Shown here: piece after piece, positions 13,918 to 27,393 of the stretch
How positions within the stretch are numbered: position 1 is the stretch's first letter
Layout: each line of letters opens with the position of its first letter
DNA from: Psilocybe cubensis
Taxonomy: Eukaryota
NCBI GenBank assembly: GCA_017499595.2
Contig: CM039005.1
Span: 1,798,001 to 1,862,000, forward strand
Direction of reading: 5' to 3'
Length of the DNA stretch: 64,000 nucleotides
Program-made: the position numbers and the translations under genes
The notes under the pieces: model-generated
The model's input: the letters and a program-made list of their open reading frames with translations, nothing else
The model's database searches: none
What the model was told of the DNA's origin: nothing

Positions 13918-14920
13918 ATGATTCATCCTGCAGCCATTGTCGTCCTCGTCTTTGCACTTATTCTAGGCGCCATCTACGAGCCACTAGACTCGAACAGTCA
14001 ATTTGCTACTCAGGAAGCACTAGAAAAGGCTGTTGTGTCCAAAAATATTCTCCTCGTGACCGCTCACCCGGACGACGAGTCCCTTTTCTTCGCCCCAACG
14101 ATCCTTGCCCTGCAACAGAAATCCGTAAACGAAACTATCTCGTTCTCACATTTATGCCTCTCGTATGGGAATGCTGAAGGTCTGGGTGAAACCAGAAAAC
14201 GCGAACTCAGCCATAGCCTTGATATTCTTGGGGTTTCTACTCGCTGGGTCGTTGATCACCCGTCAGTGTTGCCTTCGCTTTCAAAATATCTTTCGATTAA
14301 AATATTTTGCTCCCAGAAAGCTGCAAGACAACCAAACGGCGGAATGGGATCCCAATGTTATCGCTGAGGTTTTGAAGCCTTACGTTCATGACCACAAAAT
14401 TGATACGGTATAGCCTTTCTGAACAATGGTGGTTGCCTCGACTCACTGACTACTACTACGACAGATTTTGACCTTTGACGCATCTGGTGTATCGAACCAT
14501 CCCAACCATAACTCAATCCCTGCGGGTGTGTTGTCCCTGATCAAAAACCTCGGAGTAACTTCGTCGGAACCTCCATTGCGACTGTTCACCTTGATATCGT
14601 CTTCGCTCCCGTACAAGTATATCAGCGTGGTATCCGTCCCCCTGAGCAAGATCGAGATAATCATCTATCGCGGTATGCAGAAATTGGAGGCTTTTATTAT
14701 TCAAGTCTTATCTATCTGGCACCCTGACATTCTTACCCCCCCGTACCCTCGCAACCCCGATGCCAATGCCACACCAATCTTCATTTCCGGCTACAAAGAG
14801 TACAAAACAGCTTTGGAATCGATGAAGGCGCACATGAGCCAACTCCTATGGTTCCGCTACCTCTATGTGGCCTTTTCAAGGTACATGTGGATAAACGCTT
14901 ATGTCGAGATAAAACCTTAA
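13918..14920 (+). CDS. GPI12: N-acetylglucosaminyl-phosphatidylinositol de-N-acetylase (PIG-L), 3 exons
   Basis: N-terminal TM segment, LLVTAHPDDESLFFAPT, CLSYGNAEGLGETRKREL, LTFDASGVSNHPNH and C-terminal AHMSQLLWFRYLYVAFSRYMWIN. Introns at ~14262-14315 and ~14408-14464. Confidence 0.95.
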
Positions 14921-15003
14921 TCTCGACTGAAATCGTGGCATCACAAAATAATGTATAAGATTATGTTGCAGTGTAATTTATATCATCACTATTTGTATGT
15001 CGA

Positions 15004-15702
15004 CTACGATTTCCTTTGGACGGCGGCGGCGTTACTACTCGTCAAACCAATGGATTTCGCCCAATCTCGAAGCCATGAAACACCCAACCCTTCTTTTGTT
15101 GGTAGTCTCTGGTGTACGAATGTCCCCATACGAGACCCAAATTCTAAAGAAAAGGGCCTAATGTAGTAGCTTGCAAGCGCCCTGAAGTGAAGAAACGTGT
15201 TACAATCAACGCATCAAATACTATATGAAACTGCTCACCAAGCCGCTCCTTGCACTAGAGGACTGATAACCTGGTCCCGCACAGTAACCCAAGCAATCTT
15301 TTTCCATTGCAAATGAATAATTTCTGACGGGCCAGACGCGGGTTCCGTCTGAGACGGCGGCTTCAATGCCACCTCTCCCTCCGCGAACCCTTTCTCGGTC
15401 TCCTTGCCCTGCATACCGAGAGTAGCATCCAGCGTCACGAAACCAGATTCATCCAACATCCCCTGGTCAACCAACTCAACGTCTGTAGGTCGGGGCACGG
15501 CCTCTCCTGTTGATAATCTCTCAACGTGAACATATGGCTGGATACTCCTCATATAACTGTACTCGAAGCGCAGGTCGGGTATCACAGGCAGTCGCGCTCT
15601 GGGACTTCTAGTGTGGTCATGATGGTGGGCGTGCTGGTGATGATCTGCGTCAGGCCGTGCATGTTTCGGTTGATGGAAAACGACAGGAGGCGCGGCGGAC
15701 AT
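15004..15702 (-). CDS. DUF1770 / Atg43-like mitochondrial outer-membrane protein, 2 exons
   Basis: Motifs LPVIPDLRFEYSYMRSI and IAWVTVRDQVISPLVQG match my recollection of DUF1770. Second exon is ALASYYIRPF...VQRKS* (TAG at 15004-15006). Confidence 0.75.
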
Positions 15703-18700
15703 CGCAAAGGCCAGATAAGTATGGTGCTGCTGATGAGGATGATAGAATTAATTGGCTCGAGCTGATCGAGTTGGACGACGACGGGCAGGAGACACCTCGA
15801 AATGCCAAGAGCGCTAATTCCATTTGCAACAGGAACTAATGGCGTCCATTCCAAACAAAAGTCGGCAATCAAACCAAACCATCTCTGCTTGGTCAGCACA
15901 TTTGCAAGGGATTGGCGCCACCTGAACTTCGACATCGACGGAAAAACACGGTAAAGAATGTATGGATTACTGATTAACAGGGACTCATATTTTATTGGTC
16001 CGGATCTTCAGGCTAATACAAAGCGCGCTTTCAAACTTGCTTGTGCAGGGAAAGACTCGTCACGACAAACGCAGATCAAAATATTTTCAAATTGGCCTTA
16101 CTAGCATTTGAGAAATGCCATCATGACTGCGGACTGCGTACACCGAAAAGCTGCTACAAGCTTGTGGATTAGCCCTCGAGGAACGCTTGAATTATGACTT
16201 TGGTTATCTCTTCGATGTACACAAGCTGATCAGTGTACGATGGTCGGATCGCCACGGGGTCTTTTTCTGACGACTGAAGCATCTCATGTGCCTCAGATCC
16301 AATGTGGAGTGCACCACCAGAACTAGCCCGAATTCAAGCAGATTCCACTCAACTGAACCAGATGGTTTCAAGCATCTCCAGACTCGTTTCATAAAATCAT
16401 TCATAACCGAAAAAGATATCAACAAGCATCGAGATTGTCAGGGGCTGGGGGATTCACGAAAGAACATACGCCTACGTATGCGAGAGGACTGCAACTTAGT
16501 CATCCTCATGTATGGCTATCTGTCCGGGTTTCCGCATTCGTCATATGTATTTGTACTCAATTATTTCAGTTCCTAGGGTTGTACCAAATACGGGACGACT
16601 GCCAGCAAGAACAACACCTCCCAACTTTGCCTTGTATTTCGACTCGAAACGCGAATTCGAAGGACTCAGCACACGGTGAAGTCATAAATTCGTTGCCGTT
16701 AACGCTCATTACCAAAGTAATTCATTAGCCCACCATGCAAAGCTCAATGAACCCCCAATGTGTATAACCCGCAGTACAAAAGTTATTGCGAGGTGAAGTC
16801 AGGAAGTGATGGCCGCTAAAAATAAGACTGGCCCATGGGGAAGGGGGTGGATGATTTTACTCAGTCAGTTCGTTGATATATTTCGGTCTCGATTAATCGA
16901 CAGTTACAGAGCATACATTTCCCCAAAAGTCACCTGTTGAGCAAAATCTTTGACAGTCTACCATTCCAAATGGCAGTTCCAAACCTGCATCATGTTTTTG
17001 TAACGCGCGCCGTAATTCTTAACTCGTTCCACTCAACGCTGTCGGTGGGTTCATCAGAGGTGACTCCTCAGAGTAAAGGTGTTCATCAGGAAATATCAGT
17101 GGTAATTAAGCGATAGGTAGAGTAGGATCAGGACACCGACAATCATCAGGTCTTCAGAAATAACACCCGGGGATGTATACACCGAGGCACGAAGTTAACC
17201 TGATCACATTTATGTGGTACGCAAGCTGCCGGCAGTGAGACTCCGACCAGGTTCGCGGGGCGTGTGGAGGGTCGCAGTTGAGTCCTAACGATCCAAAGTT
17301 TTCAGTTCACGCGCCCCCAACGGTAATCCTCCCTTGGTTTTGCGCAGCACACATGTGGCAACAATTGCCACTATGACTATATTGCTATTAGTGATCATAA
17401 AATGTCAGAACACATAACCGACAATAGGCGCCTTCAGACTTGATGTGAATGACATGCCATCAAAAAACACACATTTATCCAACTGCACGAAAAGCTTTCT
17501 GAGAGCTCACAATACCGCCGGTGCAGGAGTCTTTACGTTACACGAGACAGACAGATGCAATCAATCCGAAGCATTTGTGGCAAAATTTATAATGTAGTTT
17601 CGTCCTAAGCTATGTCTGTGTATTCATGTCTGAGATGATAAAGCCACAGACTTCAAGCACAGATGAGCAGTTGTAAAGATAGAATTTATAAAGGATTGGT
17701 GATTCTCTACCCAATAGTTGAGTCCGCTGGTAGGATTAGCTGGACTTACACACGCTTACTAGCCCACAATAACTGTAAAACAGATCTTGAGGTTACAATT
17801 AAACGGTATCTCCGTATCATTAATGGACATACTATGCTACTGTCGGTACCATCGCAGTTCTATCCCCGATTTTCCTGGAGACCCTTAAAACGAATACAGA
17901 GTTTGGGGTTCATATCCAACGGGGTCCAACACCGCAGTCTCTTGAGCGACATTATTTTAGACCCCATGGAGGGAATTTGGGATTAATTGAGGAGTAATGT
18001 CTGAGAATTTTAAAAAGTGCTACATCAAACAGTTGGGTCAATTATCAATGATAAACAAAAAAGGGGTAAGGCTTACATGCCTGAGATAGCATCGTGATCG
18101 CGAATGCATGTATTGTTGGGAACAGTTAAAGACAATCAGCATAGAGCTGCCTCTAGAAAATGGAGGCAAGCCACACGTATGTGTGTAAACGATCGGACAG
18201 AACTAAATCTCTGTAGAAGATAGTTTCGCACCAAATTAACGTTTGATGCGTGCCGATTGTGTTCGTTTGAGATAGCAGTAGAATGTCGGCTATGATAACC
18301 GTTGTACCAGACCTTGGTCTATATGACATATAGGAAGAACTGCCAGCAACAACTCAACCTACAACGTTGCGAAGCAAAACCTGAAGGCAACTGTCAACAC
18401 GCCCTCAGGTCTTAATACTCAGCTCAAGCTCAAGCCTCTGCACTGGGATATAGACATAGAAGATACAATTCCAAGGTTGAGCGTTGGTGACAGACAGACG
18501 ACGAATTCGGGAACCGTTTTTCAAGTTCAAACACAACTTCCTTTCAAGAACATTGCGTACATTCCCGCCTCTCGCTGAGAACTCTGGAGTTCTTTTGTCT
18601 CTTTCTATCGATGCTTGTCTACTTTTCTACTCTGGTCCTCGGACAGACACGCCGTATTTCATGTCAAGTTTTGACATAGCCACAGCAAAAAGCCCCAATT

Positions 18701-19869
18701 CTCCACTAGTAGACGCGTAAGCGCTGTGGAGCTATGCACGGCGTCTATGACTGCTTTTTCGACGGAATATAATGTATGCATTTGACTAAACGTGACTGTG
18801 GCATACAGATGGACGACACTCCCTTAACACTTATTGGTAATCGCGAACAGTTGGTTGCCGATTTCAGGGTAAATTGACCCGTGACGTCACCCATACATCA
18901 CAACCAATGACCGGCTATATGCGGTACTCTTGATTGCACGCAATTACAAATAAAGCACTGCTATTTCTAATTTCGGAATTCTAAATATTTCAAGCTCAAG
19001 CATAATGACCCCACACAGGTTTGACAGGGTCTATGCTCCTCAACGAGTCATTATCATTTCCCAACTGACAGCAAAACTACACTGTATCTTCTTCAGTAAT
19101 ACAACCCTCAACCCACACCCAATCTTATTGCCTGGTATCTTTTCTCTCAATCATCAATATGATGCTTCAATACCATTCTAATAAGATGAACACGGAGAAT
19201 TCTTTATGGACCCAGGATCATCTCTCCCATTGCCAAACATAAAATTGAATGAAGCACCGAAGAAAGAAATACTTTATGCGCACTTCTGATCTTCTCAGAA
19301 CCGAGTGTTCTGGTTTGTCTGTATCCATGCATGACCACCTTTGTCATTTTTTTCGGCGCTCAGGAGGAAATTAGGTGCGTTTGTGCCTAACGACGGTATG
19401 CGGTATGCAGTGAACTGACTCTCAGATTTACAGCCGTTCATCACTACACTGGAAAATCATCTTTCACTTTTGCCGAACTTCGTTGTCGACATTCTATGGT
19501 TCAAAGGCGCGTTGTGCATCTAGCGCAACGATGAAGTGAGCGGAGTTGTGAGGCAGTGCACAACCGTGCCGACTGTGTCTGTGCTTCCCGTGCCATGACC
19601 AACACCCTTGCGTCATGCTTTCCTCCATCTCTACCCTTAACAATGTACATAACCTGCTTTCTTTACAGGCTGTAATATGCAGAGTCTTCAGATCGAAAGA
19701 ATGGGTAACCAGATCAAACAGCAAGCGGTGTTATATCTTGTTCTTTCGAGCTTTCTAGCGACAGGCGCAGTAGGTGACAATCGATGTACGGACGCCGCAT
19801 ACAAGGGCACACGTACGATGGGCATTTGGTCACTCCGAGATTTCTTTCCGTCCGTCCCCTCCGAGGTGG

Positions 19870-19877
19870 TATAAATA
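19870..19877 (+). promoter_or_regulatory. TATA box of the DUF6699-like gene
   Basis: TATAAATA ~55 nt upstream of ATG 19929, followed by a CT-rich stretch. Confidence 0.6.
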
Positions 19878-19928
19878 GGGACCAATACGTCCTGCTTGCT
19901 CTTCTTCTGCAATCCGTCCTTTACCACT

Positions 19929-20456
19929 ATGGCCGATTTCATCACACATCCACTTCTTTCATACTCCCAACATCCCGATGCGTTAGACCAACCTCAACCA
20001 ACGCTGTGGAACATCCGCGAACCATCGCAATATGCACGATATCCACTGAAGCAGGAACATCCACTATCCGACTTCGATCTCTCGCAACCAGCTACCAATC
20101 CCTCTCTTAACACACTATACATTGTCTGCGATATCTTTCCGGGGTACTGGCCCATCAAGATACGCCGTACGAAAGGTGTTACTGTTGGCGACGTTCTCGA
20201 GGAGATTCATACTGCTCTCATTAGGAGGATATCGCACGATGAATGGGACATTCTGTCTGAAAAGCAGCGGACCAGAATCACTGGTGTATTCGAAGATCGA
20301 TGTGCCCGAGCACCAAACCCGGACGTGTGTCGTTCAAATGGTGTGATTCGAATGGATTGTTTGCTGGAACACACGTGGTTTGGCGGATTATCTGTATCGT
20401 TCGAAATGGATAAAACATGCATCATGACCTTACGCAGGGAAAGGCAAAGGTCATAA
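19929..20456 (+). CDS. DUF6699-like agaricomycete protein, intronless (175 aa)
   Basis: HPLLSY...LWNIREP...LSQPATNP...WPIKI...GVTVGDVLEEIH.AL...EW...R..GV.R.D.L...TWFGGL is the pattern I associate with this family. Confidence 0.8.
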   Translation: MADFITHPLLSYSQHPDALDQPQPTLWNIREPSQYARYPLKQEHPLSDFDLSQPATNPSLNTLYIVCDIFPGYWPIKIRRTKGVTVGDVLEEIHTALIRRISHDEWDILSEKQRTRITGVFEDRCARAPNPDVCRSNGVIRMDCLLEHTWFGGLSVSFEMDKTCIMTLRRERQRS

Positions 20457-20831
20457 CCTCGTCACATATCACCATTCACTATCTTCCGTTCCTAATCACT
20501 TGCAAAATTTTGGCCCATTCTTCCCATTATATCTTCAGCATTATCTCCTTGATCCGATTCCTTGACGTCAAAAACCTTTCAAGAATTCGCTTGCTATTCA
20601 TTGCTGGCATCGACGATTATCATCATGCCTTGTTTGCGCACACACACCCCACATATACCCCATTGCATCTAACCCAATACCCATATCCCCCCATACACGC
20701 AACTCTTTTCATTATCTCTTGGCATCTTCCCGGTTCAATTTAAATTATTTTACCTTTTCGCAGCCACTCGCTATTTAACTTATTTACGCCGTCAGCGTGG
20801 TGTTATATGACACGAATCAGTGACTGTAACA

Positions 20832-21673
20832 TTAATCCCACGGGCACTCATATATTCCTATGGAATAATCTACAACCTCTTCACTTTCTCGATGTCTGTT
20901 GCGCTCATGGCGCTTGATATCACTGTCTGTCCTGACATATGTAGGGTTTTGGGCAGATGGCATAATGATGATGACCCCTACTTGCAGTGTCGATCTCGAC
21001 GTCGTCGATGGCGATGATTCGATTGATTTCATGGAATCCCTGTGTCGCTGTGGTGGTGATGGGGGCGGCGGTGGCATGCTCCGATGATTCGGCCATCTTA
21101 GACGAAAAGGGAGGAAGGGAGGACGAGGGCGAAGAGAAACATCACGTATTGGTGGGGTATATGTGGTGATACTGTTCTCGGCCGGATCGTGCAAAGGCAC
21201 CGTACTTACAGTAAACGGCTACAGGTCACTCGATCAGCCTTAATGCACCATCCAAACAGTCCCAAGATGGAGCGTAACGCGTGTTAGATGCTTACCGCCA
21301 TGTTCTCCCATTGTAGCTTAATATTGTGTTCTGGCTTTCTGCTGCCTGCGACCTCTGTCCAACCAGCACGTCCTTTGCACCATAGATCCCACAGCACGGG
21401 TTTCTTGGGTAGAACTCTTGGTAAACGAATCTCCTCCGTGGGCGGAATACCCCCCAATGTCCACGCACGACCAAACTGCACTCGTCGCCAACCAAAAACA
21501 ACGATCATAGCAGCTGAGAATAATCCGATAGCCAGAAAGGCCAGAATGAGAGGGGGCGACCCTGCAGGGGAGAAGCCAGTCTGCTGGGCATTGGGGTCAG
21601 TGGTGTTGCCGGAGCTCGATGTGGGCGTGGGTGTCGACGATGCTTCAGAGCGATGAGATGTCTGCAAAGCCAT
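20832..21673 (-). CDS. Uncharacterised single-pass membrane protein (unnamed agaric family, copy A), 2 exons
   Basis: Exon 1 is MALQTSH...TM (LILAFLAIGLFSAAMIVVFGW)...KPVLWDLW...WENMA. Intron ~21295-21220. Exon 2 is PFTVS...LQVGVIIIMPS...DYSIGIYECPWD*. Confidence 0.75.
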
Positions 21674-22259
21674 TGCAGCGGCCACCCATCGACGTTTCCG
21701 TTAAGGTGGGATTGAGATATTGTGAGGGAATTATGCCCATTACATCGTCTTCTTACATAGAACTAGTGAGAACATCTCTGTCCTATTTGTAGGTATCTGT
21801 CAAATCATGCCGATGAAGTGGCCTAAATAAAGCGTCTCGTGTGATCATAATGTTTTTTCGATGTCGTTTTGAGGTGTATGTTCGCAGGCGAAACGGAGCG
21901 GCTGCAGTGGAGCTGTGCCATCTTGGTAGAAAAGATGTACTCATGAAAAGCATCACTTCCCTGTGTTCAATCTCTGATGACCGCAGCGAAGTATTGTAGC
22001 GGCTGATTGTTTGCCGCGAAACATATCTATCGTTTCACCATCAATAGATACAAAGCGTGTAGGTTCAAGTCCAAAATTAACAGGTTATCATAGAAATACA
22101 CACTGGGAAGAGTATTTAAAACTAGTTCAGACAAATACAAGTACTCGTGGAAGAAGAATGACAGTGACGCTCGACGGATAATTGAGCGGGAGAATGTTCC
22201 AAATCGTAAGCAAGCTATGGGTACGTCGGCGTACGTAACTTGACCGTCGAAACGCAATT

Positions 22260-24166
22260 TTACAGATCGCGTCTCTTGAGGCCCACCATACAGCCGAGGG
22301 GTTTCCGAAGGAAGCCTTCTCGAGTTTCGAGCTTCAGGGATGCGCGTAAGTTACATGCTGTAAGAAGAGAGCAACGCGGGAGGACCGACCTTTTGGTCTG
22401 GATGTTCCAAAATAATATCATACCTGCGCATGATTGACGCAACGATGATCTGCAATTCGAGGAAAGCGAGATTTCTACCCACGCATGCCCTGTGCAATTG
22501 TCAAGAAAACGGTTTACAAACGTCACAATGAATTGTAAAGATACCTTGGACCATATGAGAAGGGATTAAAAGTTTTTTGGATATCCGCTTGGTTACGCTC
22601 AAACCATCGCTCTGGTCTGTATTCCTCCACGTCGTCCCCCCAGATTTTTTTATCGCGGTGGATGGAATAGCTTGGAACGCTGAGAACTGTTCCCGGTGGG
22701 AAATATTGATCCGCTACGGTGATTCCTCCTTGTGGGGCAACGCGGGGTAAGCCAAGGGAAGAGGTGGAATGAAGACGCAGAGCTTCATTGATGCAAGCGT
22801 CGAGGTATGGCAATCTCTTTACCTGTTGGCCTGTCGCTGTTAATTCGTCCTCAGTACCAAGTTGTTCATCCAATTCCTTTTGAAGCTCTAGCTGCGCCCG
22901 GCGGGTACGCGCAAGATAGTAAAGGATAGCACATGTTGAGCTAATAATTAAATCCTTCAAGTCAATTACATGCTTGTAAAAAGGGACGCACACACTCACT
23001 TAGAAGTTGTATCCGAGCCAGCAATGAGGAGTGTCAGACACTCGGCAGTCAATTCTTCTCTGGATAGCGGGTTGCCCTCGGGGTCCCTACCGTTCTGAAG
23101 TTTACTCAGAAGATCGACTCTGTCGACGGGAGATGCAAAACGCTTGGCCACAGCCATGATAGCGATGCCGGCCAGAGCTTTAACATCCTGTTGTCCCTTG
23201 CTATACCAGGGAAGATGGCGCACAAATGGACGCCATAAAGGCGGAAGCACACCCATAGACATTGAATATTCTCCCCTTCCGTTTAGGATTTTGACTGCTG
23301 GTATTTCTACAACATCGACGGCGGCGTTAGTTCCATAACTCTTCATTGCATCCTCCTGATTTCTTGGAACGACCGCAAGATCCCGGGCAGCATTGATCAT
23401 TCCAAACGGTGCACCGAACGCGAGATCTCCGACAATATCAAACGCAAGATAATTGGCCCCTGAACAAAGTAGATTCGTCAGTAAAGTTTTGAGCTGATAA
23501 CAAGCAGGCCAGAATAGGTTACATGGTAGGCAATCCAACCAAAGTCTGCCACCGTCTCCTTTCCATCCTTCCCCTTCAGGTCCTGATAAACCTTTCTGCG
23601 ACAATTCATACAAGCGATCCCATTGTTTGAGAAGCAATGCGACGTATTCTCGAATTTGTGGTTCGAATTCAACAACGCTTTTCGGAGCGAAGATGTGCGA
23701 AACGATCTTGCGCTTGCGAGCGTGTTCGCTTCGGTCGCGAGTATTGAAGATTCCGCGAGCAATAGATACAAAGGCGTCGTAAAAATCGGACTTCAGCGCC
23801 CCGTTACCGTGTGCGTAGACGATGTTCAGTGCGTCGGGTTCGGCTATTGACACATGATTTGGAGCAATGCGAACTATAGGGCCTATTACAACACAATTGA
23901 ATTGTGGAACCAATATTTCAGATGTTATATTGCGAACCATATTTTTCATGCATAGAGTGCACCACCTCTGAACGATGGCCATTCTTGCTCACCCAACCGA
24001 GCCAGATGTCAGAGAACTTGGCTAAGAATGGGCCAGGGATTCGACGAATGTTGAAAGGGTCATAGAGGTACGGCACAACATGAACAAGCGTGAAGACCCC
24101 TAATATCAAGGATATCAATGAGGCGGGACTGAGATTTTGGTAGAGCAGGCTGAAGATGCCTAGCAT
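22260..24166 (-). CDS. CYP53: Cytochrome P450 of the CYP53 family (benzoate 4-hydroxylase)
   Basis: PGPFLAKFSD, VRIAPNHVSIA, YAHGNGALKSDFYDAF, FNTRDRSEHARKRK, I-helix LIAGSDTTS, EALR, PERW, FSYGPRACVG and C-terminal LETREGFLRKP. Confidence 0.92.
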
Positions 24167-25701
24167 TGCAAGTGTGGATTAGGATTGAAGATGGGAAATG
24201 AAGAGGGTACGGTCTAGCTGCGACGATATTTATACTTCTGGACTAATAGGATATGGGATACTGTCCAAGAACAGGAGGTGGGGGTATCCATGCTATTTGC
24301 CGGGCCAATCCAATCAAGAGTCGGATGGATGGGGAAACCTTTACAGGGAGGAACATGAGATCCGTGCTCGCACCTGATCTGTGGGACTCAGACTGGTCAT
24401 AGATGATAGTCTGCATGCTCCGGTCACGCACCCGATTCCCATTGAAGACGGCGGCGAGACAAGGTTGACGGAAGATACTAATGCTGAGACAGAGGGCCCA
24501 CGATTTTGCGTAACGTCCATTGTATAACGTCATCATGTTTGGGAAGTGGAAGCCAATGAGGTCGAGTCCACCGTACGCGCCTGAGAAAAGAAAAGAAGCA
24601 CAGAGATGCTGATTTGGGAAGGGGACGATGGCACCGGACGGTCAGAGGTTAAAATGACGGTGGGTTGTCCAAAGCTCAATTTTGTTGTCACGCTTCGAGA
24701 AAAGTCCAAGCGCATCCACCCCAGCTAGGGAAAAATCCCATACTTGGCCACATGGTCGGAAATGAATTCAGTTGCCAATTCTGACTTGCTGAGAATCCTG
24801 GTGGAGGTAGGCAATCTCAACACGAGGCTGCAATATCTTGAAAAAGTATAGATGAGTGTGGTTCGACGACCCTGTGTGTGATGACCGGAAAATAGAGTCA
24901 GCGTAGAAGAGATATAAACTGGATCTCGATATTATCTTCTTCACGAAGCCAATCGCCACTTCAACGTTCCGATAGTTGAAGATGTACAGAACTCCGGGTA
25001 TTACAAGTCTTTCACAGGCTTCTGTGCAGGCTGAAGTCTGGAAAGAGGACACTGGAAGGAAACGTCAATCAACATATTTCTTGGTTATCTGTAACATCTT
25101 GTACTGTAACATAGAAATCCAAAGCTGTTGAAATATCATCCTGATTCATTGCGATAAACCTTGTCAAAGCGGTTAGTATTAACCTTGTAATTGAACCTGC
25201 AGACTAAACAGAATGCATTGTTGAGGTAGTAGGTGGTTTTAGCATAAAAGATGAGAATGTTAGTGTATGGATAACCATGATGAAACCACCGATTTCATTT
25301 ACCAATTACTGTCTGATAAAAGATGAACGTTGAACATTACTTCACGGTTATGCACGCACTTTGAACCTACTTATAACAGGTTAGAAAATTTTGGTGACTT
25401 CACGGCCATGTCCAATCGCAATCGCACCCGACATTGGCATGAAACGGGGCGTGATCGTGAGAATATATTTCACCTCCGAACTAATTTTAGCTTGCTGTTC
25501 CGTAGACATCGGTTGTGAAGTTGTTTTCTGTCCACCACAACGGACTTGCCACGGACGATTTGTATCTATGTATGTTTCCGCATAGGACACTATACATAGC
25601 TATCAGAATGGAAAGATGATGAGCTGGCTTATCTTAATCCTCCTCTTCAACTTCAACCACCACTGTATCTTCAGACGGCCTTCTAATTTTCTGTGTCAGA
25701 C

Positions 25702-27393
25702 ATGCCCTCTGCTTTGGGTTTGGCTTTGACTCTGAGCGCTTGGGCAATTTCAAGCGTACTGTTTGCTACATTATCTAGCGCTCAATACAGTGCAACGTAC
25801 CTGCCCTCGAATGTTCCTGCAAAAACAGAGCAAGGACAAGCAGGCACAAACCAATGTGGGACTGCTTCTAGCCAGACCTCCGAATGCCAAAATGCGTACA
25901 GTGTGTATTTAATTCTCATGAGTCCTCGTGGGTGATAATCTAATGTCTCATCTGAAAGTCAACTCTGTTACGGACTTCTGTCTCTTCGCTCCACCTAGTC
26001 CAGGTCCGGACTCTGTGATCGGCAATACGGAGGTAACCAATTTGAAGAACTTCATGCGCATTCATCTCATACTTTTCGCACTGAACTTTAAGCGAATCGA
26101 AGTTGCTTGGTGCATACAGGTACTTGTGCTTTATTATATTTTAAAAATTCTACACATCATCCATCGGGATCGAAGGATGGCACGGGTGCTCGCCTCATTC
26201 CAGATGGTGCAATTAAAGGCGCACACTTCGTCCAAACCCCAGACTTTGTTCAAGTTACAGGTACTTAGATATCTACTACTTGAATGCTACCTACTGATAC
26301 TGAGGAATTAAATAGGTATAGGTGATTTAACTTTACTTAATATCCCCGCCGGAGACGGAGGAGTAAGGCGTTCCTCGCTCAAGCTGATATTCGAAAACGA
26401 TACTAACTCATTTGTATAGGGAGAGGTATGCATTTTGAAAATTCAACGTTTTGGCCTTTGAACTGATATACCTGCGTGTCAAGCTGGACCCTCATGGCGC
26501 TGACGGAAACGGTTGGTGATGATTTTATAACATTTTGAACCATGAAAGCATTATGCAAGATCATCATTGCCTCTAGGCAATCCCATCGGCGGCCTGGTTT
26601 TCTCATCTGCATTTGGCCAGCTGGAGCAAATTCACGAATGGACGGTGAATTGAAGTCTCGAAATAAACCTTACCTGAATTCTGATGATTTCAACGCTTTT
26701 TTCAGAATTTTGTTTCATCCGATGAATTCTGTGTCCGGGCATGTAAACCCGGGCCTCTGGCGGCGACTTTTTGCCAACATATCTACGACGTTATGGGATG
26801 CGCATGGAACATGCCAGCAAATTACGGCGAGGGCTTTGAGAACTGTCAAGGAGATAGTGGAGAGGTTAGATGCTTTGTCACTAACTGCGGTTAGTTTCTC
26901 CATCAACTGCTAATAACTCTGTACATGACAGCCCATGGGTGTTTACGGGACGTCAACATTCCACCAAGGAGAACCAGCGACACCCTCTGCACATCCAATT
27001 CCGCCATCTTCCTCGTGCACTCCTTTCAAGACAATTGGTAATGGGCTCTTTTTTTCTGGAACCAGTATCTCCGTGCCTGCCACGCCTACTCCCACCGAGT
27101 CCAGCTCTAAGCCCAGCTCGACAGTAAGCGGGCATGAAACATCGTCATCATCTACTTCAGGTTCATCCGTTTCTTTTTCTCAGGGATCAAAAAGTGGCAC
27201 TACTACCTCTCCGAGTAACTCCCTTTCTGGGACCAGCCCTGCAGCAACAAGCTCTGAGACTAGCCCTGCAGCAACGACACCGACTGCGAGCTTGTCGGCC
27301 AGTAGTGCAACACGGATCGTCGGGTGGGAACACCTCACTTTCACTATGGGGCTAACAGCTGCCTCCACCATCGCTGCCGTGCTCATGGTGTGA
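25702..27393 (+). CDS. Secreted, probably GPI-anchored Cys-rich mannoprotein (Cryptococcus MP88 / 'macrophage-activating glycoprotein' type), about 10 introns
   Basis: Signal peptide, GQAGTNQCG, NSVTDFCLFAPP, EVAWC, GARLIPDGAIKGAHF, GGGELDPHGADGNGNPIGG, EWTNF and CQHIYDVMGCAWNMP, then a Ser/Thr stalk and a hydrophobic C-terminus. Confidence 0.85.

Noticed and set aside
16200-16730. Coding-looking plus-strand fragments with one plausible intron
   Set aside because: Frames are interrupted by stops and there is no start or recognisable family. It could be a decayed gene, but I cannot support that.
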